Notes under the pieces: model-generated
What the model was told of the DNA's origin: nothing
The model's input: only the letters and a program-made list of their open reading frames with translations
Database searches by the model: none
Position numbers and translations under genes: made by a program
From: Takakia lepidozioides
Lineage: Eukaryota > Plantae > Bryophyta
Assembly (NCBI GenBank): GCA_030704615.1
Contig: JAKLZA010000278.1
Span: 62,001 to 126,000, forward strand
Length of the DNA stretch: 64,000 bases
Direction of reading: 5' to 3'
Shown here: piece by piece, positions 12,401-23,739 of the stretch
Layout of the letters: the number at the start of each line of letters is the position of its first letter
Numbering within the stretch: the stretch's first letter is position 1

Positions 12401-13015
12401 TTTTGTCGTAATCAAGCCTAAGAAGGTCACTGGAGCGGGAACCCGTTGTCTTCATCCTCCGCAATATGTCGATTACTGAGCGGACGGAAGTTGAGTCGGA
12501 CGGTGTATGCTGAACACTCCTAGTGACGGACGACTTCGAAACATACGATGGAAGGACCATACAGTCTTCATCGTCACTGGATAAGTCCTGGACGACTGTT
12601 TCCCTGTTTTCCTGGATTTCCCTTTTCACATGTTTGGGCTTCTCTGCTTGTGAAGAGGTGCCCACATCCTTCACATCTTGCACCCAGACCCTCTTGTGGA
12701 AGGAGGATCAACCAAGTTCCAGCGTGGGAACTCTTTAGGCACGATTTCACCAATGGCACTGTACCGGATGGATTCAGAAGCTGGGAGCCGCCACTCTTTG
12801 CCTTTTCCGAAATCTGCATGCAGAATGACGGCACTTTCCAGAAAATTTCCATAAGCATCCTTCGTCTCCTCTTCCAAAAACACCGTTCCAGGGCGGAGCC
12901 CGAACTTCACACACAAGTACTGCTCAGTGACAATCGCAAATCCTTGGTCGCAGGGTATTTTAGCTTTCAGAGAATCAGGATGGAAGTACACGTTGACCCA
13001 AACACGGGAGTCCAT
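9418..13015 (-). CDS. MULE-family DDE transposase with GCM/WRKY-like Zn DNA-binding domain and C-terminal SWIM finger
   Basis: DGHPW...CAGHLKC...C..C...C...HIGKHEHP (GCM-like); WVMFDH, FMADNAQANWAAVRRVY, CGFHFMQ, TTNMAESVH (D, D, CxxH, E); CNCEDF...PCKH (SWIM). GT-AG intron 10846-10931 joins the 590-aa and 498-aa ORFs in frame. The putative N-terminal segment (ATG 13015) is out of frame near 12680-12710. Confidence 0.88.
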
Positions 13016-13259
13016 TTTGAAGACGGGACCTCTCGGTACGCTCCGCAGCGAAGTCCTGCAATGAGAAGAGTGTGTCCTACCTAATAACACAAATGATTTT
13101 CTGGAGGATTCCGTATCCAACATGATGGGTGATCAGTGCACGTAAAGATGAAGGTGTGTAACGTACGTTAAAAAAACGGACGAAAACAGCAAGTTCACAT
13201 CGGATATTTGGTGCCTGAATTGTAATGTACAACCACTTGGGGTACAATAAATCAGGCCT

Positions 13260-15145
13260 TCCCATGAATTTCGGCACCGAAATCTGGATGAACATCTCTG
13301 TCATGTAACAGCTTTGGAAGCCAAGGGATGAATTCTGGCAACAGAAATCGTAATTTGTTTACCTCATAAAACTGACCAAGCACCCAACGGATGGATTTCG
13401 GTGCCGAAATTCGGATGAACTTCTTCTTCATTAAATTGTATCTGCACATATGGGTTGAATTTAGATGCCAAAATACGGATAAATGTGTTCCTGATTACAG
13501 TCGTGATTGACCACGTGTCCGGATATCGGTGCCGACTTCCGAATGACAGTAATCCTGATTCGGCAGAATGGATGTATTTCGGCGCCGAAATTCATTCTTC
13601 ATCTCCTTTTCCGACCCTAATTCTGCTGCCCTGCGTATGGATTTCGGTGCCAGAATTCATCGGAAGTCCTTTCTGTTTTTATTTTTCTTTGCGACAGATG
13701 AACTTTGGCGCCGAATCTCATCCAAGTACTCCCTTTTAATTTCCCTTTTTCTTCGAGAGCAATGAATTTCGGCGCCGAAATTCAACCAAAATCCTCCCGA
13801 TTTTTTTTTTTCCTTCGCGAGCATTGAATTTCGGCGCCGAAATTCATTCCAAGTCCAGGAGATATTTTTTATTTTCCTTCGCGAGCAATGAATTTCGGCG
13901 CCGAAATTCATCCGAAGTCCTCCAGAAATTTTTTTTTCCTTCGCGAGCAATGAATTTCGGCGCCGAAATTCAGCCGACTTCATCCCTCCAAATTCTTTTC
14001 AGGGTTTTAGCGGCGGATTTCGGCGCCGAAATTCATCCAATGCCTTCCCTCCAATATTTATTTTTCTTTGAAATGGATCAATTTCGGCGCCGAAATTCAT
14101 CCTTACTGTCCGCAATGAGTAACTCTAATATTACATTTTCTATGCGACGGATGAATTTCGGCGCCGAAATTCGTCCAAACCCGGCACTTACTTTTTGGTT
14201 TTGGATGATAATTTTCCGTAAATCGTTGGAAATACCCCGTTCCGACGAATATAACAGGAATATTCTGCATTTAATGGAGAAATCGGCATATTAAACCACT
14301 TCTGTCAAAATTAATTGCATTTTAGCCGTTTTTTTTTCGTTTGAAACCGACAGTATCCATGAAGTGGTCTTTTTCGCACGGGACGTTGCCGCACATAAAG
14401 TATAATTTCGGCGCCGAAATTATAGTTAAATGTCCAGAAATGGCAAGTCCAACAGTCATGGACAGCATCCGTCAGGGGCAATGATGGCGGCAAAGCATAG
14501 CATCGTGCAGATTTAATCTTCGCTCTGGATGAATTTCGGCGCCGAAATATGGATGATTTCACCTCGTCTACGCGCGGACGCTCATATTCGTAATGAATTG
14601 CGGCGCCGAAATATGGATGGAATGTGCCGAAGTGCAGCCGTTTCCGTTGTCCCGGAATTGATTCCGGCTCCGATATCCCACCGACAGGTTTGCTCATGAC
14701 GAATGAGGACTTGCGAAGCGATGAATTTCGGCGCCGAAATATGGATGATTTCACCTCGTCTACGCGTGGACGGACATATTCGTAATGAATTTCGGCGCCG
14801 AAATATGGATGAAATGTGCCGAAGTGCAGCCGTTTCCGTTGTCCCGGAATTAATTCCGGCTCCGATATCCCACCGACAGGTTTGCTCATGACGAATGAGG
14901 ACTTGGAAAGCGATGAATTGCGGCGCCGAAATTTGTAAGTTTGTGTATGAAAGCACTTGAATAGGATGAATTTCGGCGCCGAAATTCATCCGTCCGCTGA
15001 TGAAACGTACCGACCTGACTGTTGAATGTCATATGCAGGCGATTTTCATGGCGGTTGGGTTTCATGATGTGCGGATATTTCATTCAATGCCGGCTGCTCC
15101 GGGAACCGCATCCGGTGAACGGAACGTATTTCGGTGCCGCAATTC
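13260..15145. repeat. Array of about 20 palindromes (G)AATTTCGGCGCCGAAATT(C) between the divergent genes
   Basis: About 62-64 bp period at 13764-14100 and a roughly 192-bp higher-order unit at 14530-14930; perfect 28-bp palindrome at 14964-14991. Confidence 0.95.
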
Positions 15146-15653
15146 GGATAAACCGTCATACACTGGTGGCTGGAACTGGCACGCGTCGTGTTCCAGTCGA
15201 CTTCATCCGTGCGAACGTGTCAGGGGTCACAATCTCTTCATCACCCATACGGCAGAAAGTGGTGGACGGTGGCAACGCTTCGGGAGACGTGGCTGCTTAC
15301 GCATCTGCTCGTGCATAGTGGTTGCATGTTCCACCGCTTCGCTCTCTCGCTCCTTGCCCTTCTGCAGTGACGTTCTCCTGCGTTTCCTCTCCTTATGCGG
15401 CATAGTGGTAGCATAGAGTTTGTGGAAGGTCAGGCAACTCCGGCAAAGAGGAGGACGCGGGATTTTGGGAAGCCGCCGACGACACGACTTAAGCTCCGTC
15501 TCATGCATGAAATGCAGACGTCGTTATCCGGAGACTCGGATCGCCCACCAGTGAGAGATTCGTGCTTCGCGGATGTGAAGCACTCCATACGCAATATTCC
15601 TTTGACACCTTTGTTTTGGCGTGCAGTGTCTCATGTTTTCCTGTTTGTTTGAC

Positions 15654-18600
15654 ATGGGAGCTGGGGAGGGATCGCAGGGGGGCGAGGCAACACAGTCAAC
15701 TTTGGATACTCCTGCCCGGGTGCTGCGCTCACAAGGTGGAAGTGCATCGAGGCAGACGAGTCCTCATTCAACACCTCAGATATCGCCTCCGAAAAGCCCA
15801 CCTAGAGTTCGGAAGCCGAGAAAGCAGAAGGAGCCCATGGCTTCGCCAGTAAAACCCCTAGGGAGACTGGAAGCGGAGGTATTGGGTTTGCAGTCAATTT
15901 CAGAAAACACAGATGCGGTGGAGGCCGCTGGAGATGTGGGAGTCGGATCTGCAGAAGGGCGGCCCATTCAACTGACAGAAGGAGAGGACGATAACGTGGT
16001 ACGACTTGGCGACGATCAGAACCTGCTGGATCTTGCGGAGGAGCAAAACCTCCAGGACAGTACACAGGCTGGTGAGAGGGGTGAGGGAAGTGACAGAGGT
16101 GATACAAGTAAGAAACTGGTGGCGGGTATGCTCATGAGCGCACGAGACATGAACATAGCAGCAAACAGGTTGCTGGCAGAGACTCATAGCAACATAGGCC
16201 GCGTTTTGGGCTCCATGGTGTATCCCGAGAACCTTAAAGTTCCTTTGTGTCGCATGGTAAGCCTTCCAGTTGTAAGGCAAGCACTGCCAGGGGATATCGA
16301 TCGACTGAAGCACAACTTCAGAGAAGGGTACAGACGGGGGTCGGCAGCATTCTACGTTTCCATTGAGAATGACCAGGGTGTCACAAGGGGCCCCACTGCA
16401 GAGGAGCTTCAGAATTGGGGCCCCCACTGGCACACTGTTAATGCCGAGTTTGAAGCCTATCTGAAGACTAATCCCACATTCGCACACATGGAAGGGAAGA
16501 TGTTCTTCGTTTGGGACGGGAACCACAGGATGCTTGCCTGGACAGAGTACATTGCTGAAATGCATCCGCAAGATATCAGTTGGCATTACATGGTGGACTG
16601 CATTGTCGTGAAGGTGGACGTCAGGGACAGAGGACTGTTGAAGGGTGCCATGGCGGATATAAATCTGTAAGTATACAATTACATCCTTGTGTACTGCCTA
16701 TTGCGGCGCCGAAATAGGCAATGTTCACCACTGTCATGCACTCTATGAACTGGAAATTGGATTGCTGTGCCGAAATCATATTTTCATGTTGTTTTTTTCT
16801 CCATGGCAGGGTAACAGAGAGGGCCTTCGTGGAAACTCATCTGGCACATACGCTCTACAGAGTGCAAGAAGTGGGGACAGCTCCGCTGACGGACTTCCAA
16901 AAGTCCCTCGATCCCGAGCTGTACAGGAAGTCCCTAGCGAAAGCAGATCGCACCTGGTACCGACCAACACTGGACGCCATGGTGGAGATCCTCTATTCGG
17001 TGAGGTTCATCTCAAATTTCAGTATCAATTTAATGTTATTTGTTGCAAGGATCCGTGGCCTGACTGTATCTGCTGGGTATGGGAATGCAGACGAACATCA
17101 GGGATGACTTGGCCTATGCCAAAAGGCAGTTCTTTGAGAATGATGCCCCCAACAAGGCGGACGCGTCGATAGAGAGTCATATTGTGCAGGCAGGGAAGCA
17201 ATCCCGGACCAAGTACAGGTCCAAACTTGTTAAGCAAGTTGCAATCGCTGACCCTGGTCTTGGTGCCGAGTTCCTGGCGGAGATAGGACTGCATTACTCC
17301 AGACCCATGAAACCGGAAATGTCCATGGAGAAACTTCATCACATCGCAGTGTCCTGTGTTGAGCCGGCGGAGAAGGTAAGCATGTGTTTATTCTTGTTTT
17401 GTGACTTCTCGCGATTCTTATGTTGGAGCTCTTGTCTGACCGATGTGAGGTGGCTGCAGACGAGGTGGCTGCGAATCTGGAACGGCCATACAAACACGAA
17501 GCTGCTGTACCACTTTCCCATCGAGCCAACAGACGACAAAATGAACGACTGGCTCAATGTCATGACTTGGTGGCATCAGGTATAATTTTCTCCTATTCTG
17601 TGTTGGACATCGTCGCAATTTCAAAATCATGAATGTTTTGGAAACCTGCCATGATGCAGGTACTGACCCACGCCCAGGAGCAATTGGACTGCAACACCAC
17701 CACTTTCAAGTTACAGATCGACTGGACGAAGCCTGAGACAATGGAGAACTACGTGCAGTCGTGGCGAGGGCGCTTCGCAAACCTCTTTTTCAGAGAAATT
17801 GCAAAGGCAAGACGCAGCGTATACATCGAAGAGCAGGAGGGTGCCGACAAAGCGGCAATGCGTGTCCTGTTCAGGTAATCTGCTGACAATGCATCCCCCT
17901 ATTTGCAGTTTAGATGATTTGGTTAAGCAGCGATGGATATTGCGGCGCCGAAATATACCTCTGCAAGATGTGAGTTCTGGGTAATTGGGGCACGGTCCAC
18001 TCCGTATTTCGGTGCCGAAATACCTTGTGCATTGACAACTTCCACTTGCATGATGCATCGGTAGAATGATTTTTGTTGAACTGCCTCGTGATTGCAGGTA
18101 CATAAACTTTGCACTCATTCCGTCCGGAGCCATTCAAAGGGTTCCACCATTCTTCCTGGCGTGGAGGACACCTGGAGGTCGTGGAACGATGTACACAGAA
18201 GTAATGGCGAAGGAGTGGCATGCCGAGCATTTGGTAAACTGCCCCTGGTATGTGGATCTCCCAAGTGGGACCGTTGACCTCTCGGAGGTTAACTTGAAGA
18301 AGGAAGCGAATGCCAGGGCTATGAAGGCGCAATCGGATCCCCAACCAGAGGACGCGGAAAGACTGAAAGCAGAGGAGGCAGCCAAGCAGAAAGCACTGAG
18401 AAAGTCAGCCAAGGCGGCAGCGTTGGCGAAGGAGCAGATGGAGAAGCAGGCAGCTGAGCAGCCCAAGGACAGGAAGAAAAGAACGCGCAAACAGGGGCAA
18501 GAGACGAAGACCCCCACACCCAAGAAGAAGAAGCAGCAAAACAGTCAGCCAGATGAGGAGGATTCGGACGACGATTTCCAGCAGGAAAACACCCAGGGGG

Positions 18601-20562
18601 CCACACCTCGTCCGAAAATTCACAAGGGCCAGCGCTCCGGGGGGTCGGCTGCAAAGAGATCACTATACGAGGATGCACCTGGCAGACCCTACCGTGCGGT
18701 GCAGATTGCGGGCAGGGAAGTCCTCAAAACACCCACAATTGTGGAGTGTGTTAATGAAAATTTCCTAACTGCTCTGACCAGAAGGCTGGAGATAACGAGT
18801 TTGAGGAAGGCGATCGAGGCCCACCAGGGGAAGGGGAAGAGGAAGGCCACTGGCAATGATATGGAGGACACTCCTGGCTACACAAAGATGATGGAGTATT
18901 TTGTGGCGATGAGCCACGGCAAAAAGAGCACAGTCGGGGGCAGGGCGGTGAAAGCCTCCATCGACATGATCCTTGTGGATATCCCGGATGGGCAGGAGAT
19001 ACTGGGGCTGGGCTCAGTTCCCTGGTGGAACAAGTACGACGAACGATACTGGAGCCACACATTCGGGTTCGCAGCCAACATGTTGGACGACGTTGGCTGT
19101 GTTGTTGTGCTAGCAGCCGATGGAGAAGTCACTGAGAATGATATCAAAGTATGGACGGGGAGAAGTGCAGCACCCATCCTGAAAAAGATCTGGACTTGCA
19201 TCAACACGCAGGGTCTTCTCAACGATGGCCAGAAGGTATGCTGTGGTTCTCCTCTGCTATGTCAATTTCTTGGCCAAAATTGCCCCTGTACATGTAGGCC
19301 ACCTCTGACGTTTTCATTTCCTTCTCTGCAGACTCTTATCTTTCAGGCATTTTGCTTCGTGAAGGAACATTCGAAATTCAAATTACGTGAAGCAGGAAGA
19401 CTTGTTGATTCCACAGTTGATCCACTGGAGTATAACGTCCTGTTCAACCATGTGGGAGAGAAGGACATTCTTTGTGATTTGTCGGGCAAGCCATGGAGGT
19501 ATGGCAGGACCAGGAGTCCTGCATTCATCCAGACGCTCATGGAAACGTGTACGGATGTTGAAGGCAGGGTCCTTGACGTCACTGCAAATACAGGTGAGAA
19601 CGTTAATTGAATGCGGCACTGAAATTGACACCATTTCCGTTTCTGTATGTTTGCTTGTGCGAGGAAGCGACTCATTCTTGAGTTTGGCTGTGGTTGTCGT
19701 ATGAATTCGCAGGTGCCTGTATGTGGGCGGGAAGGATGTCGAACCGATTTGTGTTCTCATTTGAGGGGGATACGGCCTTGTACGATTACAATTTGGCGGG
19801 CCTTCAGCGTCTGCCTCCGACTGAGGATCCCAAAAACGCAGAAGAGGACGTGGAAGGAGAGGAGGAAGATGAAGAGGAGGAAGTCCGGGAAATTCGTTCG
19901 ATGCAGGGGCGCCCGAAGCCGCTTCCCCCAATGCCTGTCTTCGAGTGAGTTGCACCATAGTAAGTGTATTGGTTTCGGTTGTAGGGACCATGCAACCTGC
20001 CGATGATTCCCTGTTTGAATTCTCTAATGTACTTCATTCTATGTTTGTGCGTACACTCAGCCTTGCAGAGTCGTCCGACGAGGAGAAGCTGGGAGACTTG
20101 CTCGAATCGGACCCTGTTGCAGAGGAGGAGACAGAATCGCATCGGCCATTCTTTGCCAGAAAATCGTTTCTCGCGAGTCCCCAGAAGCCCTTTTTTCTAC
20201 CAGCCTATGCAGACACGGCTGCCAAAGAAGCCATCAGGAGGGAGGATAGGCCTACTCGGTTAGAGCAATTGACATACGGGAATGAGCAGAGAATTATAAT
20301 GAGGCGTGAGGCCAAACATAGAATTGTGAAAGGCAGAGTAGGGAAGTTCGTAATAGAATCCGCGTCCGAGAGCGAGGGGAATGTCGAGGAGACTTCCGCA
20401 CCCAGGTGGACAGTTCCGGCTGGTGAGGATGGTATTTTTGAGGGGAGGGCTTCTCAGAGTAACAGCGGTAGCGGCAGTGCAGGTTCGGAGGCAGGTGGAA
20501 GGCAGCCATCCTTGCATGAGGGCGGGGATGCATCGGACAGTGATAGCGGATCCTCACCATAG
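15654..20562 (+). CDS. ParB/Srx-like domain fused to a beta-class DNA amino-methyltransferase-like domain (about 1318 aa, 9 predicted exons)
   Basis: Exons 15654-16666, 16810-16999, 17091-17375, 17460-17579, 17660-17874, 18098-19235, 19332-19593, 19713-19944, 20061-20562, all GT-AG, total 3957 nt in one open frame (last exon least certain). Motifs: FVWDGNHRMLAW; SIDMILVDIPDG; RSPAFIQTLMETCTDVEGRVLDVTANTGACMWAGRMSNRFVFSFEGD. Confidence 0.8.
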
Positions 20563-21180
20563 CAAAGTCTCATTTGGATCCTTTTGTTGTACAGTTCTGA
20601 AACACTTAATGAATATATTGACGATTTGAAAAATCATTGTGTTCAGACTGCTTGTCCATTCCCTACATTTCTTCCGCCAACCAAAATCTATAATAAAAGC
20701 AGAAGAGACGCAAACTTCAGTGAAGAACCCTACAAGTAATTTATGCACACCATCGACCCGGGAACTTGAAGCCATGAAAACCCTGCCGTTTCTAACATTC
20801 CTATTGGGAAATTTGGCGCCGAAATAGCCCAGTTTGCGCCTTCGTTATATGGGCCTCAAAAATTCCACGGATGAATTACTGCACCAAAATATTGCGATGG
20901 AAGCCTTCAGCACAAGGCACTTCACCACATTCCACTTGGGTATTTCGGCGCCGAAATTGCCCGTTCTGCGCCATTAAATACCGCACTATATCACATTTTA
21001 AGAGGTAATTTCGGTGCCGAAATACCCCGGTGGATGTCTTCAAAACACCATTTTAGCACACTGCTCTTGGGAATAACGGCGCCGAAATTCCTCATTCCGC
21101 ATCCTGGACCAGGAGAAACAGACCCTATTACCGAGGTAAGAGGACATAACACCGTCAATAAAGGCAGGAAAATTCCAATT

Positions 21181-21253
21181 CCGCGGATGTCCGCTCATGA
21201 GCTCATAGGCTCATAGGCTCATGGGCTCATGCGCTCATGAAATAGTAAACCTC
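21181..21253 (-). repeat. Right terminal inverted repeat of the first MULE
   Basis: GCTCATG/GCTCATA heptamers then GAAATAGTAAACCTC; 11 of the 15 terminal bases match the left end. Confidence 0.72.
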
Positions 21254-22299
21254 GTTGTGTCGTGCCAGAAGAGCACAACACAAACACTGACACTCCAAGA
21301 GTCACCTCGCACGGATGTGTGCAACACAAGATCATTTCCGACACAACCCTTTATACCGAATGACCCCATGGCGACGATGACGGCAAAATGCAAAGCACAG
21401 GGTAGGCAGTATGACACACGTGGATGCATATGTGAAGCACAACATTTATGGCGAATCTGCAAGAACTGCTCCAAATTGAACTAGCATTAGATTTCTACGG
21501 CACTTCCGAATTTGAAACAATGCAAGAAGGCCGCCATATATTGGCAGGCATCGAAGTACATCTGACATATATCACAAGTACATGCAACGGATGTACATAT
21601 TTTCTAGCACTTTATTTCTTGAATAATACAAAGATGCCGAAATGGATGAATTCCGTTCGCACACAATAACAACACCCGCATCCAAATACGGTTGACAATG
21701 TCCAATTTTGATTTGGTTACATGCAATAGCAACCCTTGTTGCAAACGTCAAACTGGAGAGCTCTAGAAGCATCGTGGGGAGCCCTTGTTTCCAGCGGAGG
21801 AGGAAGAGAAGGAATTCATTATACTTCACGAGCTCTAGAAAGAGGAATAGAGCCAGATATAGAATGAGGATGGAAAGAGTGGCCGAAGAGGAAAAGGCGG
21901 AAGAAGAGGGCAAAGAGGAAAGTTCGGCGATGGAAGAGCAGGAATCCGGAGAAGAACAGCAGCCTGCCATAGTTCCAAGAACAGATGAGGAGGACACTGC
22001 ATCCGAGGGAGAGGCAGATGCCGAAGATGATGTTGACGCTGGCCTCACGAAGAACCTAATAGTGGAAGAGAGGATGGGGGAGATGCTCCAGAACATGCGA
22101 GGCATGGAGAGCAGTCCGAAGCGCAAAGGGTCCCCGGCGATTGGGGGAGTCTTCTGGAGCAGCCAAAAAAAAGGTACAATCTTTGAAACCCCACCTTTGT
22201 GCTTCATTGCTGATGTGAACCCAAGTTGAGATTCTATTTCGATATGAACATAGTCTACACACGGCATCTCTGCCAGGTTGCATCAACCGCGAACAAGAA

Positions 22300-23722
22300 G
22301 CTCAAACAGTGTGCGTTGACGCACACTGTTTGAGCCTTCCATTTTGCTGGCTTGTTGATGTGCGAAACGGCCAAATTGGGGAACTAGGGCAGGTTCAATC
22401 CACCACGAATTGGAAGCTGAAACAGTGTGCGTTGACGCACACTGTTTGAGCCCCGCATTTTACTTGGTTGATGGTGTGCAAAACGGCCAGATAGGGCCAC
22501 TATGCCCGGTTCAATCCTCCACTATTTGGCAGCTGAAACAGTGTGCGTTGGCGCACACTGTTTGAGCCCACCTTCTCATTGATTTTTCATCTGAAAAACG
22601 GCCTCAAACGGCATGTATTTGAGGATCAATTATCATTTACATGGCAGCTCAAACAGTGTGCGTCAACGAACACTGTTTGAGCTCACCTTGTCATTGCCTT
22701 TGTCATCTGAAAATCGGCCACATAGGGTATGAATTTGAGGATCAATCATCACTTACCTGGCAGCTCAAACACTGTGCGTTGGCGCACACTGTTTGAGCTA
22801 CCCTTATCATTGCCTTCTTCGTTTGAAAATCGGCCACATAGGGCATGTCTCTGAGGATCGATGAACACTTATCTGGCAGCTCAAACAGTGTGCGTTGGCG
22901 CACACTATTTGAGCCCACCTTCTCATTGATTTTTCATCTGAAAAACGGCCACAAACGGCATGTATTTGAGGATCAATCATCACTTACATGGCAGCTCAAA
23001 TAGTGTGCGTCAACGCACACTGTTTGAGCTCACCTTGTCATTGCCTTTGTCATCTGAAAATCGGCCATATAGGGTATGAATTTGAGATCAATCATCACTT
23101 ACCTGGCAGCTCAAACAATGTGTGTTGGCGCACACTGTTTGAGCTACCTTATCATTGCCTTTTTCGTTTGAAAATCGGCCACATAGGGCATGTCTTGAGG
23201 ATCGATGAACACTTATCTGGCAGCTCAAACAGTGTGCGTTGGCGCACACTGTTTGAGCCCACCTTCTCATTGATTTTCCATCTGAAATACGGCCACAAAC
23301 GGCATGTATTTGAGGATCAATCATCACTTACATGGCAGCTCAAATAGTGTGCGTCAACGCACACTGTTTGAGCTCACCTTGTCATTGCCTTTGTCATCTG
23401 AAAATAGGCCACATAGGGTTTGTATTTGAGGATCAATCATCACTTACCTGGCAGCTCAAACAGTGTGCGTTGGCGCACACTATTTGAGCCCACCTTGTCA
23501 CTGTTTTTTCCTGTGAAATTTAGCAATACAGGGCATGTCTCTGAGGTTCGATGAACACTTACTTGGCAGCTCAAACAGTGTGTGCGTCAACGCACACTGT
23601 TTGAGCTCACCTTGTCATTGCCTTTGTCCTCTGCAAATCGGCCACTAAGGGCTTCTCTTTGAGGTTCAATGAAGACTTACCTTGCAGCTCAAACAGTGTG
23701 CGTCAACGCACACTGTTTGAGC
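22300..23722. repeat. 13 copies of a 36-bp palindrome GCTCAAACAGTGTGCG-N4-CGCACACTGTTTGAGC, period 114-118 bp
   Basis: Copies start near 22300, 22416, 22532, 22647, 22763, 22879, 22994, 23109, 23223, 23338, 23454, 23569 and 23687; spacers fall into three recurring types (about 346-bp higher-order unit). Confidence 0.95.
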
Positions 23723-23739
23723 TCACCTTTTTCTTCAAC

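Larger units (their letters stand above)
7561..21253. mobile_element. Mutator-like (MULE) DNA transposon, 13.7 kb, with accessory genes
   Basis: Imperfect terminal inverted repeats (GGGGGTTGCTATTCCATGAGC versus rc GAGGTTTACTATTTCATGAGC) with CATGAGC heptamer arrays; shared CGGCGCCGAAAT motif at both subtermini; MULE transposase inside. No TSD found. Confidence 0.82.

Noticed and set aside
13260-15145. CRISPR array, or coding ORFs with repeated NFGAEI / FRRRNS peptides
   Set aside because: Spacers are tandem-related and irregular; the peptides are translations of the palindrome on both strands.
15654-20562. Bacterial or phage contamination explaining the ParB-MTase
   Set aside because: The gene has eight predicted GT-AG introns and sits inside a plant-type MULE contiguous with plant TEs and genes.
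21708-22229. Acidic 173-aa plus-strand ORF as a gene
   Set aside because: Low-complexity purine-rich tract open on both strands with no recognisable motif.
22300-23722. CRISPR array (36-bp palindromic repeat, regular spacing)
   Set aside because: Spacers are about 80 bp and recur as three related types, there are no cas genes, and the context is eukaryotic.
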